A DNA stretch of 64,000 nt from Octopus vulgaris. Its lineage: Eukaryota. Every line of letters begins with the position of its first letter. Positions within the stretch are counted from its first letter, which is position 1. The position numbers were made by a program, and so were the translations under genes. Shown piece by piece: positions 12,716 through 27,334 of this stretch. Where the stretch lies: assembly GCA_951406725.2 (NCBI GenBank), contig OX597814.1:112220001-112284000 (forward strand), given 5' to 3'. A model generated the notes under the pieces. That model was not told the DNA's origin. It saw nothing but the letters and a program-made list of their open reading frames with translations, and searched no databases.

Positions 12716-12926
12716 ATATTCTAGCTCAAGGCCAGCATTCTTTGGTGGGGGAGGGGGTAAGTCGATTGCATCGACCCCAGTGCTCAACTGGTACTTATTT
12801 TATCAACCCGGAAAAACGTGAAAGGCAAAGTCGAGCTCGGTAGAAATTAAACTCAGAGCGTTGAGACGGACGAAATGCCGCTAAGCATTTCGTCCGGCAC
12901 GCATACTATTCTGCCAGCTCGCCACC
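12716..12926 (-). mobile_element. SINE family B
   Basis: rc GGTGGCGAGCTGGCAGAATAG head plus conserved body. Confidence 0.85.
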
Positions 12927-13314
12927 TAGTGTGTGTTTTAGTAAATACTAATATATATATATATTTTTTGATTCTTCATTTATTTACCAAACTGCACGTG
13001 TATTGAGTAGATCCACAAATAACTGCCTGGTCCTCCGCACGTTTCATTTAACATGAACGTGTATGTGTGTGCGTGTAACATATTTATCACACGCTACTTA
13101 GCACCAAATGATAAATTTCCATTGCTATTGTTGACGTTTATCACAATACTTCCTACTCGCTATAACTAGTATACGCACTGCAATGATTATATTTGCGCGC
13201 GCGCGCGTGTACGTGTGTGTGTGTATCTATATCTATATCTACATACGTCGTTGCTGTAGCTATTATATTAGTCATATGTACTCAGACACACACATGTGTA
13301 TATATATATGTGTT

Positions 13315-13387
<73 letters not shown>

Positions 13388-13869
13388 GTATGTATTTGTA
13401 TGTATGTGTGTATGTATGTATGTATGCACATGCAAACATATACACAGACAGTCGCACATATACACACATTAGAACATATATTAATTTCACCAATAATTTA
13501 TAAAGATCTACAAGAACATGCTCATGTGTCACAATTAATCGTGTATTAAATATGAAATATAACTCAAGCATATTAAAACATAAGCAAGAACACACACCGA
13601 TAAAGCGGACACACAAACATCTAAGCACACACACAAACACACACAGACACACACACACTCAGACACATAGACACCGCCTCTCTCATTCATTCACTCAATT
13701 CAACTTTATTGTCAGTTTTAGACGAGTACAAATGTAACAACGTAAAAATAATTCTAATAAATTTAAACTAATCCACCTCTGTTCCCTTCTCGACATCGAT
13801 CAAGCTCAACCTGCATACTAGTACTATTAAGGATATACATACATACGTGTGTGTGTGTGTGTATGTATG

Positions 13870-13900
<31 letters not shown>

Positions 13901-14062
13901 GTATAAATTAGAAAAACCACCTTTTATCAATTCAAATTGAACAATTAAATTACACCATCTAGAAAACTACCTATACTAGAAATAAAATACCGATGATTAA
14001 GTAATGTGCAAAATAATTGAATTTTTCCCTGTAAGTTAGGAATAATATTCCCTCAAATTATT

Positions 14063-14107
<45 letters not shown>

Positions 14108-14390
14108 GTATACATATACATACACATATATGTACACACATGTATTTGTGTGTATTTATTTGTATATGTATTTACGCGTGTGTATATATATATATACTTG
14201 CAAACACACACGCACACACATTTCATTTATATTCATAAAAGTAGATTTAACGTTACCATCATCTCTTCACAACTAGTATTGGTCTGTTTACATCCCCCAA
14301 ACTTATCGTTGGCTGTGACTTCGAAGCTTCAGCTTGCCAGATAAAAGCGAATCTGATGATAGGAAATCATCTGAAACTCCGAAGTTCGTG

Positions 14391-14433
<43 letters not shown>

Positions 14434-14446
14434 CTATATATATATA

Positions 14447-14700
14447 TATACATCTGGAAAATCCTAGAACTTGTGCCAATCTTTGGCACTGAAAGTTACA
14501 TAAACAGCAGAACGGGGCGCCACTGCATAATACCCAAAATTCCAACCAGATACTTGCAACAGCTTGTGTTTCAAGTGGCCACAGCTCTTCAGTATCCTCC
14601 GAAAAAGTCTGATAGGCCTACACGGAGTGTATGTAGGCGTCCAAACAACCACAAACAATCACGGAGAGTGGCACATGTTCAAACTTTTCTTTGAATCTGA
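14447..14700 (+). mobile_element. CR1-group LINE ORF2 C-terminal remnant (frameshifted)
   Basis: YIWKILELVPIFGTESYINSRTGRHCIIPKIP, then in a shifted frame CNSLCFKWPQLFSILRKSLIGLHGV. Resembles the ...GP.LFN.LP..LR C-terminus of invertebrate CR1-like ORF2. Confidence 0.7.
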
Positions 14701-15019
14701 CAGCATAACAATCAAGAGTTAATTAAAATGACAGACACGAGTTCGTGCAGGTGCTTAGCCAATCCAGCATGTCGGTCTTTGTAGCTAATTTATGGTGTAT
14801 AAACTGTAAAATTTAACAGAAAAATTTGAACATGTACCATCTCCATATTCTTTGTAATTGTTTGGAATTTACACTCCTGATAAAATTCATAACCCAGCGA
14901 AGCGAACCCGGAGTTACCCAACGCAAGAATTAGAACGGGATTACTCATACTAAGGGATTAATGATGCTTGTTGCTACTTCATGTGTTTAGCCATAACCTG
15001 GAGCATACCAGAGAGCTAT

Positions 15020-15168
15020 TACCTTCTCCCGGAGCCGCGTGGAGCTTAGGTGTTTCGCTCATAAACACACACACCGCCCGGTTTTTGGAACATCGCCCGG
15101 TCTGAGATTCGAACCCGCGATCTCTCGACCGCGAGTCCGCTGCTCTAACCTCAAGGTCATGTGGCTCC
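15020..15168 (-). mobile_element. SINE family C (tRNA-Arg-like head), partial
   Basis: rc GAGGTTAGAGCAGCGGACTCGCGGTCGAGAGATCGCGGGTTCGAATCTCAGACCGGGCG. Confidence 0.8.
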
Positions 15169-15292
15169 ACAATATTTGAATAAGATATAAAATAATATAG
15201 TAAAAAGAAATAACATGAAATATTAAACAAATATATATGCGTGCGTGTGTGTGTGTGTGTGCAGATACGTACATATATACATTATACATATA

Positions 15293-15373
<81 letters not shown>

Positions 15374-15999
15374 GTATAATACATATATATATATATATAT
15401 AATATAATATTGGGTTGAAAACCGTTCGAAATAGAAGTCGTCGTCTGCGCATGTCATATCTACACGAAACGTGAATTCCGGTCCTGTAGGCAGCCTTCGA
15501 CTGTTTCTGTCCAAAAGGGCTTTTCAGCCCAATATCTCCATGTTAGTATACATAGCCTTATGGGCATCGAGATCCAGTGTTCCAAAAACAGAATTATTTC
15601 ACGTACTCTCGAAATTTTATGAAAAACAAAATAATTATGAATGTCGACCATGAGTGTACTTTGTGTGTCTGTATGTATGTGTGTATCTGTGTGTGTGTGT
15701 GTCTGTGTGTGTGTGTGTATGTGTATGTATGTGTGTGTGCGTGTGAGTGTGTGTGGTTTTAACATGGGCGTAGTCAGGTTTTCGACCCAGCGGGTTACCA
15801 TTTATTAAAATGGAGCTACCGTAAACAGTCTAATTTAGCGCAAAATGCAAAAATAAAAATAATTGTCAGAAAATTGTATTTGTATGAAATTATGGGTCGA
15901 GTCAGAACCATTTCACTCTATACATATGCTAGTAGATTTGTATGAATGTTGTGTTTATAAGTACGTGTATGTGTGTGTTTGTATGTATATATAAACATC

Positions 16000-16483
16000 A
16001 AAGCCTTGTGAGTGGGGTTAACGGAAACTGAAAGAAGCCCGTCGTATATATATATATATATATATGTATATATTTATGTATGTGTCTTTGTGTGTGTTTG
16101 CCGCCTCCCACCGTCACTTGACAACCGATGTTGGTGTGTTTATGTTTCCGTAACGTAACAGTTCGGCAAATGAGGCCGATAGAATAAGTACCAAGCTTAC
16201 AAACAATGAACACTGAGGTCGAAATCCTCGACTAAAAAGGCGGTGCTCCAGCATGGCCGCAGTCAAATTACTGAAACAAGTAAAAGAGTAAACAGGGACA
16301 CACACTAATATATATTCTTTTAGTCCTTCCTTTGTTTCGGTCATTTGACTGTAACCCTAGTACTTACGCTAACGGTCTCTTTTGCCGAAACGCTAAGTTA
16401 CGGGGGCGTAAACACACCAACATCGGTTGTCAAGCGATGGTGCGGGGACTAACACTGACATACAAACGCATGCATGCATACAT

Positions 16484-16571
<88 letters not shown>

Positions 16572-16784
16572 CATATATATATATATATATTTATATATAA
16601 TATATATATATATAATATATATACACGACGGGCTTCTGTCAGTTTCCGTCTATCAATTCCATTCACAAGGCATTGGTCGGCCCAGGGTTGTAGTAGAAGA
16701 CACTTGTCCAAGGTGCCACGCAGTGGGACTGAACCCGGAACCGTGTGGCTGGTAAGCAATCTACACACAGCCACTCCTGCACCT
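16000..16784. mobile_element. Tail-to-tail SINE A pair (+ 16000-16290; - 16330-16784)
   Basis: Two family A copies in opposite orientation about 40 bp apart. Confidence 0.85.
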
Positions 16785-17010
16785 ATATCTATCTATCAAT
16801 CTATCTATCTATTATATATATATATATATATTATATATAGAAACGCAAAAAAAATCAAATAAGAACGTGGAAAACATGCGTTCCAGTTTTAGATAAAATG
16901 GCATAATCAGCTTTCGCTGTCATAACTGCTTACAGAAAAATGAAAGTAGAGAACTTGATGGGCATATAACAACACGCTAGCCGATAGTGAAAATCTCCAT
17001 CTTTATCAAT

Positions 17011-17055
17011 GTACCTGAGGAAACCCAGCCTGATGGGTTGAAACATATGTTGTAC
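17011..17055 (+). ncRNA. Minimal type I hammerhead ribozyme, canonical core
   Basis: gtac CTGAGGA aaccca-gcctga-tgggtt GAAA catatg TT gtac. Palindromic helix III ACATATGT; AATAAA immediately downstream. Confidence 0.8.
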
Positions 17056-17190
17056 CTAATAAAAGTCTAATACGAAATCCATCTCCTAGTATTTATACTA
17101 TTGCCTTAACTGTCACTGCGGAGTTCCTGACATAGATCCGTGTGCCACAACTGCAGATGACAGATGCCCTACTCTAATCGAATTATACAT

Positions 17191-17478
17191 AGCCTTGTGA
17201 GTGGATTTGGTAGACGGAAACTGAAAGACGCCCGTGGTATATATGTGTATGTATATATATATGTATGTGTGTGTATATGTTTGTCCCCCACCATCGCTTG
17301 ACGACCGATGTTGGTGTGTTTACGTCTCCGTAACTTAGCGGTTCGGCAAAAGAGACCGATAGAATAAGTACTAGGCTTACAAAAAATAAGTCCTGGGGTC
17401 GATTTGCTCGACCAAAGGCGGTGCTCCAGCATGGCTGCAGTCAAATGACTGAAACAAGTAAAAGAGTAAAAGAGAGAG
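17191..17478 (+). mobile_element. 5'-truncated SINE A with 19-bp TSD
   Basis: CTACTCTAATCGAATTATA (17169-17187) and CTACACTAATCGAATTATA (17483-17501). Confidence 0.9.
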
Positions 17479-17544
17479 TGGTCTACACTAATCGAATTAT
17501 AAGCATTTGTCCAAATTATTTATGATATATATATATATATGTAA

Positions 17545-17920
17545 ATTTCACTCCGTCGCTTGCGACGCCGAGGGTTCCGGTTGATCCTATCAACGGAACA
17601 GACTGCTCGTGAGATTAACGTGCAAGAGGCTGAGCACGCCACAGACACGTGTACCCTTAATGTAATTCTCAGGGAAATTCAGCGTGGCACAGAGTGTGAC
17701 AAGCTGGCCCTTTGGAATACCGGTACAACAGAAATAGAAAGAAAAAGTGAGAGTAAGTTGTGTTGAAAGAGTACAGCAGGGTTCACTCACCCCTTGCTGG
17801 AACCTCATGGAGCTTTAAGGGTTTTCGCTCAATAAACCCTCGCAACGCCCGGTCTGGGAATCGAAACTGCGACCCTACGACCGCGAGTCCACTGCCCTAA
17901 TCACTGGGCCATTGCGCCTC
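17545..17920 (-). mobile_element. SINE family C
   Basis: rc GAGGCGCAATGGCCCAGTGATTAGGGCAGTGGACTCGCGG head. A related 3' body occurs at 31235-31550. Confidence 0.8.
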
Positions 17921-17935
17921 ATACACACACACACA

Positions 17936-18150
17936 CGAGGGGTTGTTGAAAAGGTCTTGGCTTTGGATAAAAGTAAATACAGGAGGATGAGTTAATAATG
18001 GTTTTATTCAACATATTCCTCTCTCATATTCAATTACTGCAGGGGTCCTTCAGTTTTATTTAAGCCCTGTAAAAGAACTCGGAAAGTTTGGCCTCCGACC
18101 AGCACTTTCACGACACCTTTAAAAGCCAGGAAATTTCCAGCACACCCTCG
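17936..18150. mobile_element. Tc1/mariner-type MITE (~215 bp)
   Basis: TIRs CGAGGGGTTGTTGAAAAGGTCTTGGCT and AGCCAGGAAATTTCCAGCACACCCTCG|TA. Same family at 54493 and 62593. Confidence 0.8.
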
Positions 18151-18356
18151 TATATATTCAAACATTGAAGCACCGATTGAGTTAATATTTTAGAAGTAAA
18201 AAAGATCTCAAATGCAGGAGAATATGAATTACGGCAGCGGCTTGCTGGTCAATTTATTCCGTCTATAAGGGTATTTTACGTTATCCTCTAAGCAGTTTTC
18301 ACAGTTATTCTACTGCATTTGAGATTTCTTTCATTTCTTTCTTTTATTTCCAATAG

Positions 18357-18484
<128 letters not shown>

Positions 18485-18590
18485 ACACATATAGGTATAT
18501 ATATATACATATATATGTATATATATATACACATAAATACATATATGTATGTATGTATATACATACATATATATATACAAACACAAATAC

Positions 18591-18631
<41 letters not shown>

Positions 18632-19002
18632 CACATATATATATACGTATATACGTATCGGTCTTTTGGTTAAGATCAAAGTGTATGCATATATATATAT
18701 ACATATTTATATAAATCAGCTATAAGGTAAACGGTTTAAGATACTCGAAGTATGAATTATGCATACACACCCACACCCACACACACACACACACACGTGT
18801 GTGTGTCATATAGACACACATACTCACAAACGCCCAATGAACGCATGGCTGCTACTATATTCGGAAGGCTTTGAACTCCTGACGTCATATGTTTGTAGGA
18901 TATTTTACATGAAGTGAAAAGCAACGGAAAGCATGTTTAGCACGCTGAGCCATGTTGGTCGGTAGTTGAGTCGTTTAATTGGACATTTGATACGACAGGG
19001 AG

Positions 19003-19119
<117 letters not shown>

Positions 19120-20289
19120 AGGAGGAGGAGGAAGACTCACTGCTGTTGTTGTTTTAGTTTTATTTACATTTTGGAATAATTATCACATTGTGTTAACGAG
19201 GCGAGTCGGTTGTACGGTCGGGGTTGGCCATCTCTCTCTCCTCTCTCGCCTCGCCTCTAATATATACAATATATACAAGCATTTCATAACATTTCATGCC
19301 TTTTATTTATTTATTTAATTATTTATTCATTTTTGCTTGTGTTTGTTTCCATGGCTTCTAGATTATGCTGAGGGAAGTAACAGAAGTTAGAAGATGATGA
19401 TATAGAAGATATGAATGAAACAAACTGATGAATGAATGAATGAATGAATGAATGAATGAAATGATGGCGCTAAATAAACGCTGAATGATTAAAGCAGTGA
19501 AAGAGAAAAAAAAATGAATGAAAGTCCATTGGTGTAAGAAATATACAGAAGTCATTATCAACATAAACACAAAACCACATTTTATTATTTTAAGCCCTGA
19601 TGCAATACCAGGCAGTGGCTCTCGGGGCTTCTGATCTTAACTGATTGGAACTGTTAACATGTACATGTTTTGTCTTGACGTAAAAAAGATGGGCTACAGC
19701 AAATATTCTGCTTAATACTGCAGATTTGCTTGTCAGTTATTATTATTATTATTATTATTGTTATTATTATTGTTGTTGTTGTTGCTGTTGTTATTTTTGA
19801 TTAGTGGAGGGTGTTTTAGTCGTTTATGCCGACCCCCTGGTACTTATGTAATCAACTCTGGCAGGAAGTGAACTCAGAAAGTTTTGTGTTCAACTCTCAT
19901 TGAAGTCGACTGGTAATGAATGGTACCTGCCGAGATATGAAATGGCAGATGTGTTGCAGTTGACCAATATCCGTTGGAAACATGTAACCAAATATAAGTC
20001 GCAGAACCTTCCAAAGCTAGACACCAATAAAAAAGCATAGTCTAAGCCTAATTAGGTGACCGACGAAGAAAACGAAACAATACCAAAGTAAGCGATCCTC
20101 GCAGCATCCACAAACATTTTTCACTTTACAAGAATGAAGGACAACTCAGAATAATGAGACTAAATTATAAGAAATTCCCAATCGAGCTTAACATATGCGC
20201 ATTCCCATCATCAGCTGCCCAAACGGATATCACTGCAGTTTCGACACCAGAGTAAACTTTTGTATAGGACTGTGATAACCAAGTACAAT

Positions 20290-20610
20290 AAGATATGGGG
20301 ATGGGTGAAACGGGTAAACTGACTGACATAAAGAGTTGATACAAGTATGAAACGGAGGTAGGTCTGAAAACAAAGAATTTATATTAAGGAGTAGATATGG
20401 GTATAAAACGGGTGCAGATTATTGAATGAGACTAGGGCTGATATTATAATGTTGATGCGGGTGTCTAACGGACATAGACATTTAAGCTAGGAATTGATAT
20501 GGAATTAATATTACGGAGTTGATATGAGTCTAAAATGGATGCAGACGTTGAAACACAGAGTCGATGTAAAGGAATTGATATTAAGGCGTTGATATTAAGT
20601 AATTGATACA
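20290..20610. repeat. Degenerate ~55-65 bp minisatellite
   Basis: Variants of GAGTTGATATGGGTATAAAACGGGTGCAGAT near 20334, 20389, 20451 and 20516. Confidence 0.5.
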
Positions 20611-20924
20611 TAAGAGGTAAGTTCTGTCGGTAGATCCGTCCGGGGCCAGGAGAGCCGGTGAGAGACCCTGTGACTATATGTGAGAGAAAAGCAAAATCCT
20701 CACAGCCCAAAAAATCTTGCTCCATTAAAGCAATTATCGTATGCAGGTTTTGCTGGTCATATAAGAGCTCAGACGGAGACATAAAAGGAACGAATTGGGA
20801 AGATGTGGAGAAGCAGTATTTAAAGTAAATGCGATAAGTATGCAGCGGCAACAGCAGCAGAGGCGGCAGCAGCAGCAGCAGAGGCGGCAGCAGCAGAGGC
20901 GGCGGTAGCAGCAGCAACATCAGT

Positions 20925-21300
20925 GGAGGCGCAATGGCCCAGTGGTTAGGGCAGCGGATTCGCGGTCGGAGGATCGCGGTTTCGATTCCAAGACCGGGCG
21001 TTGTGTGTGTTTATTGAGCGAAAACACCAAAAGCTCCACGAGGTTCCGGCAGGGGTGGTGGCGACCCCTGTTGTACTCTTTCGCTCCAACTTTCTTTCAC
21101 CCTTTCTTCCTGTTTCTTGTCCCCGACTTCCTACGCAACCGCTGAGCCTGGATGCGCATTCATCCATCCGTCGATGCTTTCGGTGTCGGGGGTTGACCAG
21201 CTTTTTCTTCTGCGGGTCTTACGAATAGCAAAGGACCACGTTTCGGACTTCTCCCACTACAACTCTGGGACGAAGACCGCTTCGCTCATCAAAAAAACAA
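20925..21300 (+). mobile_element. SINE family C inserted in a (CAG)n tract
   Basis: GGAGGCGCAATGGCCCAGTGGTTAGGGCAGCGG...GGTTTCGATTCC head; (CAG)n-type repeat on both sides. Confidence 0.85.
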
Positions 21301-21411
21301 ACAAACAAGCAGCAACAGCAGCAGAGGCGGCAGCAGCAGTAGTAGTAGCAGCAGCAGCAGAAGTAGTAACGTAGTCCTTATTGTTCTTGTATAAACTCAG
21401 GTCATTGTATG

Positions 21412-21450
<39 letters not shown>

Positions 21451-21859
21451 TGTACATGTAAATATATGTGTGTTCATATAAATATATCCATATGTGCATT
21501 TAATTTGAGCAGAGATAGAAAAAAACTATAGCATAACCCATTATTGCAGAATTTATCATAGATGGGTGCTGTGAAGATTTAAAAGACCGGGGTGGGTGAT
21601 GTGGGACGGACAAATTGTCAGGTTTAATAAAATTTTAAAACGTTTTTAAACTTGTTCAACATCATGGGGCTAAGAGAACTCTATTTTGTATCCTCATTAA
21701 TATAGACAACAGGGGGACCACAAAAAAGATAAAAACAAAATCCTTAATATTTTGGGCGGGAGCTCGTTTCTGTCAGTTTAAAACTCACTAAGTTAATAAA
21801 TATAGCGAAGTAGTGGATATAGGTTGTTGTTGTTCCATAATTTAATCGAGTCACTCATA

Positions 21860-22021
21860 GCCGCAGACATGGCTGTGTGGTTAAGAAGCCCGATTTGTAG
21901 ACACGTAGTTTGGGGTTCAAGCCTGCTGTATGGCACTCAGGGTGAGTGTTTTCTACTCTAGCTCCAGGCCGATCACTGCCTTGTAAGTGAATTTAGTAGA
22001 CGGAAGCAATATAGAATCCAG

Positions 22022-22025
<4 letters not shown>
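21860..22025 (+). mobile_element. SINE A 5' half, diverged
   Basis: GCCGCAGACATGGCTGTGTGGTTAAGAAG...GGGTTCAAGCC...TTTAGTAGACGGAAG. Confidence 0.7.
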
Positions 22026-22060
<35 letters not shown>

Positions 22061-22327
22061 GTTTAACTGTTGGAAATGGTAGGGTCTTTTTTTCAGAGAG
22101 AAGCGGTGGTATTAACACTACAAACGTACAGAGCCGGAACGGTTAGAGCAAGGCATTCGGTCCGACGTTCTGGCACTTCTAGCAAATTACTTCCTGATTA
22201 CTTTATTGATCGACCCCGAAGTAATTAGAGTTAAGGTCGACTCCTCGCTTGGGATTGAACTCAGAGTGTAAAGAATTGAAAAGATGGTCTATGTAAACGT
22301 TTGTCTTCGTATACATAATAAACGCTT

Positions 22328-22619
22328 TTATATATACATACACATTTCTACACATACACACACATACATATATATATATACATACATACACACATATATA
22401 TATATATACATACACATATATATATGCATATATATACATATATATATATATACATACATACATATATATATATATACATATATACATATATATATATACA
22501 TACATACATACATATATATATACATACATACATACATATATATATACATACATACATACATATATATATACATACATACATATATATATACATACATACA
22601 TATATATATACATACATGC

Positions 22620-22652
<33 letters not shown>

Positions 22653-22709
22653 TATATACATATATATACATACATACATATATATATATACATATATATA
22701 TATACATAC

Positions 22710-22774
<65 letters not shown>

Positions 22775-22876
22775 CATATATATATATATATACATACATA
22801 TATATATATATACATACATATATATATATATACTTTATACACACAATTTTATACATACATACACACACACACACAC
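22328..22876. repeat. Compound (TA)n/(TACA)n microsatellite
   Basis: About 550 bp of low-complexity sequence; source of the YIYI-type ORFs. Confidence 0.95.
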
Positions 22877-23212
22877 AAAATATTGAATCCGCTATGCTGA
22901 ACTGTTTCAACTACCTCATATATACTTGACTAGTGTTCGGTTTCTTTTCAATTTCCATTGACTCTGTAATTCTATTAATTAATCATATTTAATTTAAAAT
23001 TAGATTTTCATTCTAATATATTCATTTATTAGATTTGAGAGACAAAAGTCAAGTGGGAGGAAAACGGATGAAGCAGTCAGGCGGCCATGTTGTCACTAGA
23101 TTTCCTTGGATATTTAATTTCCTTGACCTCTCTCACACATACAAACACACACATTTACACACATACACACACACACGCACACTCACACACACATATATAT
23201 ATGCTTATGTAT

Positions 23213-23422
23213 AGTTAATCCAAACATGAAAGCACAAAAAAACACAACAACGCGAGGACGTGGAACAAATATAGTATTACTGGACGCTCAGGAAAGAAAG
23301 AAAGAAAACAGGAGGGTTTAACGTTTCGAGCGGAGCTCTTCGTCGGAAACATAGGAGAAGGAAAGATCCAGAGAAGGGAAGACAGAGGAAAAAAAATCGC
23401 CAACGGTACACACGCGGTCACA
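23213..23422 (-). mobile_element. Penelope-like terminal fragment
   Basis: Contains the HHR at 23316-23350; second copy at 28968-29086. Confidence 0.65.
23316..23350 (-). ncRNA. Minimal HHR, U4C core variant
   Basis: rc gttt CCGACGA agagc-tcc-gctc GAAA cg TT aaac. Helix III lies within the palindrome AACGTT. Confidence 0.7.
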
Positions 23423-23884
23423 CAGCAAGTGAATGAATATATATATATATATGCGCACTCACATTATATATATACACACACATAATTACATACATATGTG
23501 TATTATAGGATAGGTACATATAACATATAAGGTGCATATATATATATATATATATAATACTTTGATATTTTACTTTGACAATCCATTCACACAATAGTAT
23601 ATATACACACATAATATACACACACATAATACATGGCTACAGCCTCCACGCTGAAACACATAAAAGAGTAAAAGTATATATATGCAAATTATATAGTAGA
23701 AACAATGGGTACGGAAGATAGAGTACACGTACTGTACATTATATATACATATAGCCACACATTATGCATCTATATATATATATATATATATATATATGGA
23801 CACCCACATATGTATATATATATGTATGTATATACACACATATCTATATATATATATACATATATATACAAATACTATACACAC

Positions 23885-23955
<71 letters not shown>

Positions 23956-24181
23956 CATTATATATATACATATACACACATTACATACATATACACATAT
24001 TACATACATATACACATATTAAAGGTAATGATTATTACTTTGGGGTTTATATACTAACCATTGAACGGCCTATTTTGAATACCTAACTGTGAGCAAACGG
24101 ATAAACGTCTGGAGAAATCCATTGCTAATAACCAACATCCCCCCATACACACACGCATGTGTATATATTCGTTTATTCTTT

Positions 24182-24711
24182 TTTCTTTTACTTGTTTCAG
24201 TCTTTTGAAAAAAATCGACCCCTACGACTTATTCTTTGTAAGCCTAGTACTCATTCTATTAGTCTCTTTCGCCGAACGGCTAGGTGACGGGGACGTAAAC
24301 GAACCGACATCTGTTGTCAAGCGATGGTGGGGTGACAAACGCAGACACAAATAATAAACACGCACATACAACAATATACATTTATAAATACGACGGACGT
24401 CTTTCAATTTCCCTCTGCCAAATCCACCAAATCCACAAGGTTTTGGTCGGCCCGAGGCTATAGTAGAAGACTCTTGCTCAAGCTGCCACGCAATGGGACT
24501 GAACCCGGAACCATGTAGTTGGGAAGCAAGCTTCTTACACACACAGCCACTTCTGCGCCTATATATATATACATTTTTTTTTTTTTGTACTTGTTTCAGT
24601 CATTTGACTGCGGCCATGCTGGAGCACCGCCTTTAGTCGAGCAAATCGACCCCGGGACTTATTCTTTGTAAGCCCAGTACTTATTCTATCGGTCTCTTTT
24701 TGCCGAACCGC

Positions 24712-24712
<1 letters not shown>
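24182..24712 (-). mobile_element. SINE A (24182-24559) plus 3' part of a second SINE A (24588-24712)
   Basis: Matches to the family A head, core and tail. Confidence 0.85.
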
Positions 24713-24783
<71 letters not shown>

Positions 24784-24884
24784 CATACATACATATATAT
24801 ATGTATTTATATATATGTATATATACACATGCATATATGTATATACATATATGTATATATACACATGCATATATGTATATACAT

Positions 24885-24929
<45 letters not shown>

Positions 24930-25037
24930 GAGAGAGAGAGAGAGGGTGAGAGAGAGAGAGAGAGTGATAAATATATTTATATTCTCTGGAAACACCGTCG
25001 TTCCAAAATAAATCATGACAAACTGATAGACACATGC

Positions 25038-25084
<47 letters not shown>

Positions 25085-25919
25085 CGTCTATGTAGGTGAG
25101 GACGTGAGTACCTTTAATAAAGTGAAGAATGTGGAATAAAAAAAATATTTTAATACGTTACATTTCGCCTATTAAATATAAATGTATTTAATTATTTCAA
25201 TTTTCTTCTGTATGTATACATACATACACACACACACACACATATATATATATACACACAAACACATATATATAACCATCTATTAACATGCCGTACGTTT
25301 CCGCATTGTTGTACCTTCATCGATACGGGCTAACAGATCAATGATTTAGCAGTGATCGATAGAAGTGATAGGTTATAGTTTATTTTGATTGTAACAGAAC
25401 GCTATACAAAATTATATACAACCTCTCTCACGTACTTTACGTATGAAATTTCTTTACTCCCTGATACACGTGTACACATATACAGGAGAGACGAGAAAGA
25501 GATACATCGGTTCAGAGCTCGCAGAGCCAAACAAGAGCCCCTGACGATCTGTTGAGTCCCTTTCTAGAATAACTAAATAAATAAATAACATGATTATAAT
25601 ATAAAAATAATATATGATGTAATATAGTATATAGAATTCCTTTATAGCGTATGTTATAATCCCGGGGCCCGGACGCAATCGTCTTCTACCACATCAAGGC
25701 GCAGCGTTCGCACATGCACACACTCACACACACAGGGACAACGGATTTAATATGTCCTCCATCTTATGAAAATGGGAAGACAAAATGATAACTGCTACCA
25801 AGAGAAGTTTCAACTCTCGACTTTTGTTGTGAAATGAAGAACTATAGACTAAATTATCTTCAAAAATGTAAATTAGAATTTAAAGCATTTGTATACCCAG
25901 GTTATATATATATATATAT

Positions 25920-25987
<68 letters not shown>

Positions 25988-26077
25988 GTGTGTATATATA
26001 CTTATATATATACATATCTACATATATATACATATACACACACACACACATATATATGATGTATACGCATACATACA

Positions 26078-26147
<70 letters not shown>

Positions 26148-26160
26148 TATATTTACATAC

Positions 26161-26194
<34 letters not shown>

Positions 26195-26350
26195 TTAGAT
26201 ACATATATACATACATACATATATATATACATGCATATATATACATACATATATATATATGCATATATATATACATACATATATATATGTGCATATGTAT
26301 GCATACATATATACATATAATGTATGTATGTATGTTTGCAAATATGTCTG

Positions 26351-26403
<53 letters not shown>

Positions 26404-27334
26404 ACCTAAATTAATAGCGATATTCTTTTTCCTTTAATATTCTCCCCCCCCCGCAAACCAAGAACCACCAAGCTTCCCCCCCCCCCCCCGCATACACACA
26501 CGCACACACCTTTCCTTCGCCGCTGACATGTAGTGAGAAGATGACGAAAGGTGTTAAACACATTAGGCTGGAGAGCTATTTAGCTCACGCTTCAAGGGAA
26601 AACAAACCGATCAATTCTTAGAAAGCCTCATATTGTTTTTATCGATTTCTCCTCACAAGTAGCTCCACTGATCCAGTTCCTGTTTTTCCAATGACTCTAC
26701 TTACCAACCAAAAACACATTAGGCGAGTCAACCAAGTAGAACGCAACACGGCTCAAACAACAATTTCACTACATTCTCGTCTGAAAAAGCGAAATCTCGG
26801 AGACAAGAATTCATAATAAAAGATCCGGATTTTGCTTATTATTATTATTATTATTATTAGTATCATGTGCCTGGGTACTGGTCGGGTATAGCTCGGGGTA
26901 TATAACTGAGATAAAATAGAAAGGTTAGTCACTGCATTTTGTGTGTCATAAAGTTAATAATAAAACAACACATAACAACAATAAACAAGTAAAGACGACT
27001 CTAATGAAAATCTGCCTTGTCACATGACCTCCATCGTTTATCAATATAAATCTTGACATTCTTGTCTTCCTCCGTCATTTTCTAAACATGTCTGCCCGAT
27101 TTTCTTTCCTTCCTCAACAGTATATTTGCCGTTCCCTTCGTTCTCTTATTCCGTGGGTTTCAGGCATTGGACTGCGGCCATGCTAGGGTAAAGACATTAA
27201 GGCTTGCCATCAATGATATTGACCCTGTGAATAAATGTGGAATGCACGTATTCGTATGGCAAAGAGGTGTGATTTGGAGGTGTCACATCCGCAAAGCACT
27301 TCCGTGTGTATGTGTGTATTTGTTGATATGTACA

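Noticed and set aside
15411-15789. 13-bp inverted repeat TGGGTTGAAAACC / GGTTTTCGACCCA as MITE ends
   Set aside because: Too short, with no TSD and no second copy in the window.
20925-21000. Functional tRNA-Arg gene
   Set aside because: No acceptor stem, and it continues into a multicopy SINE body.
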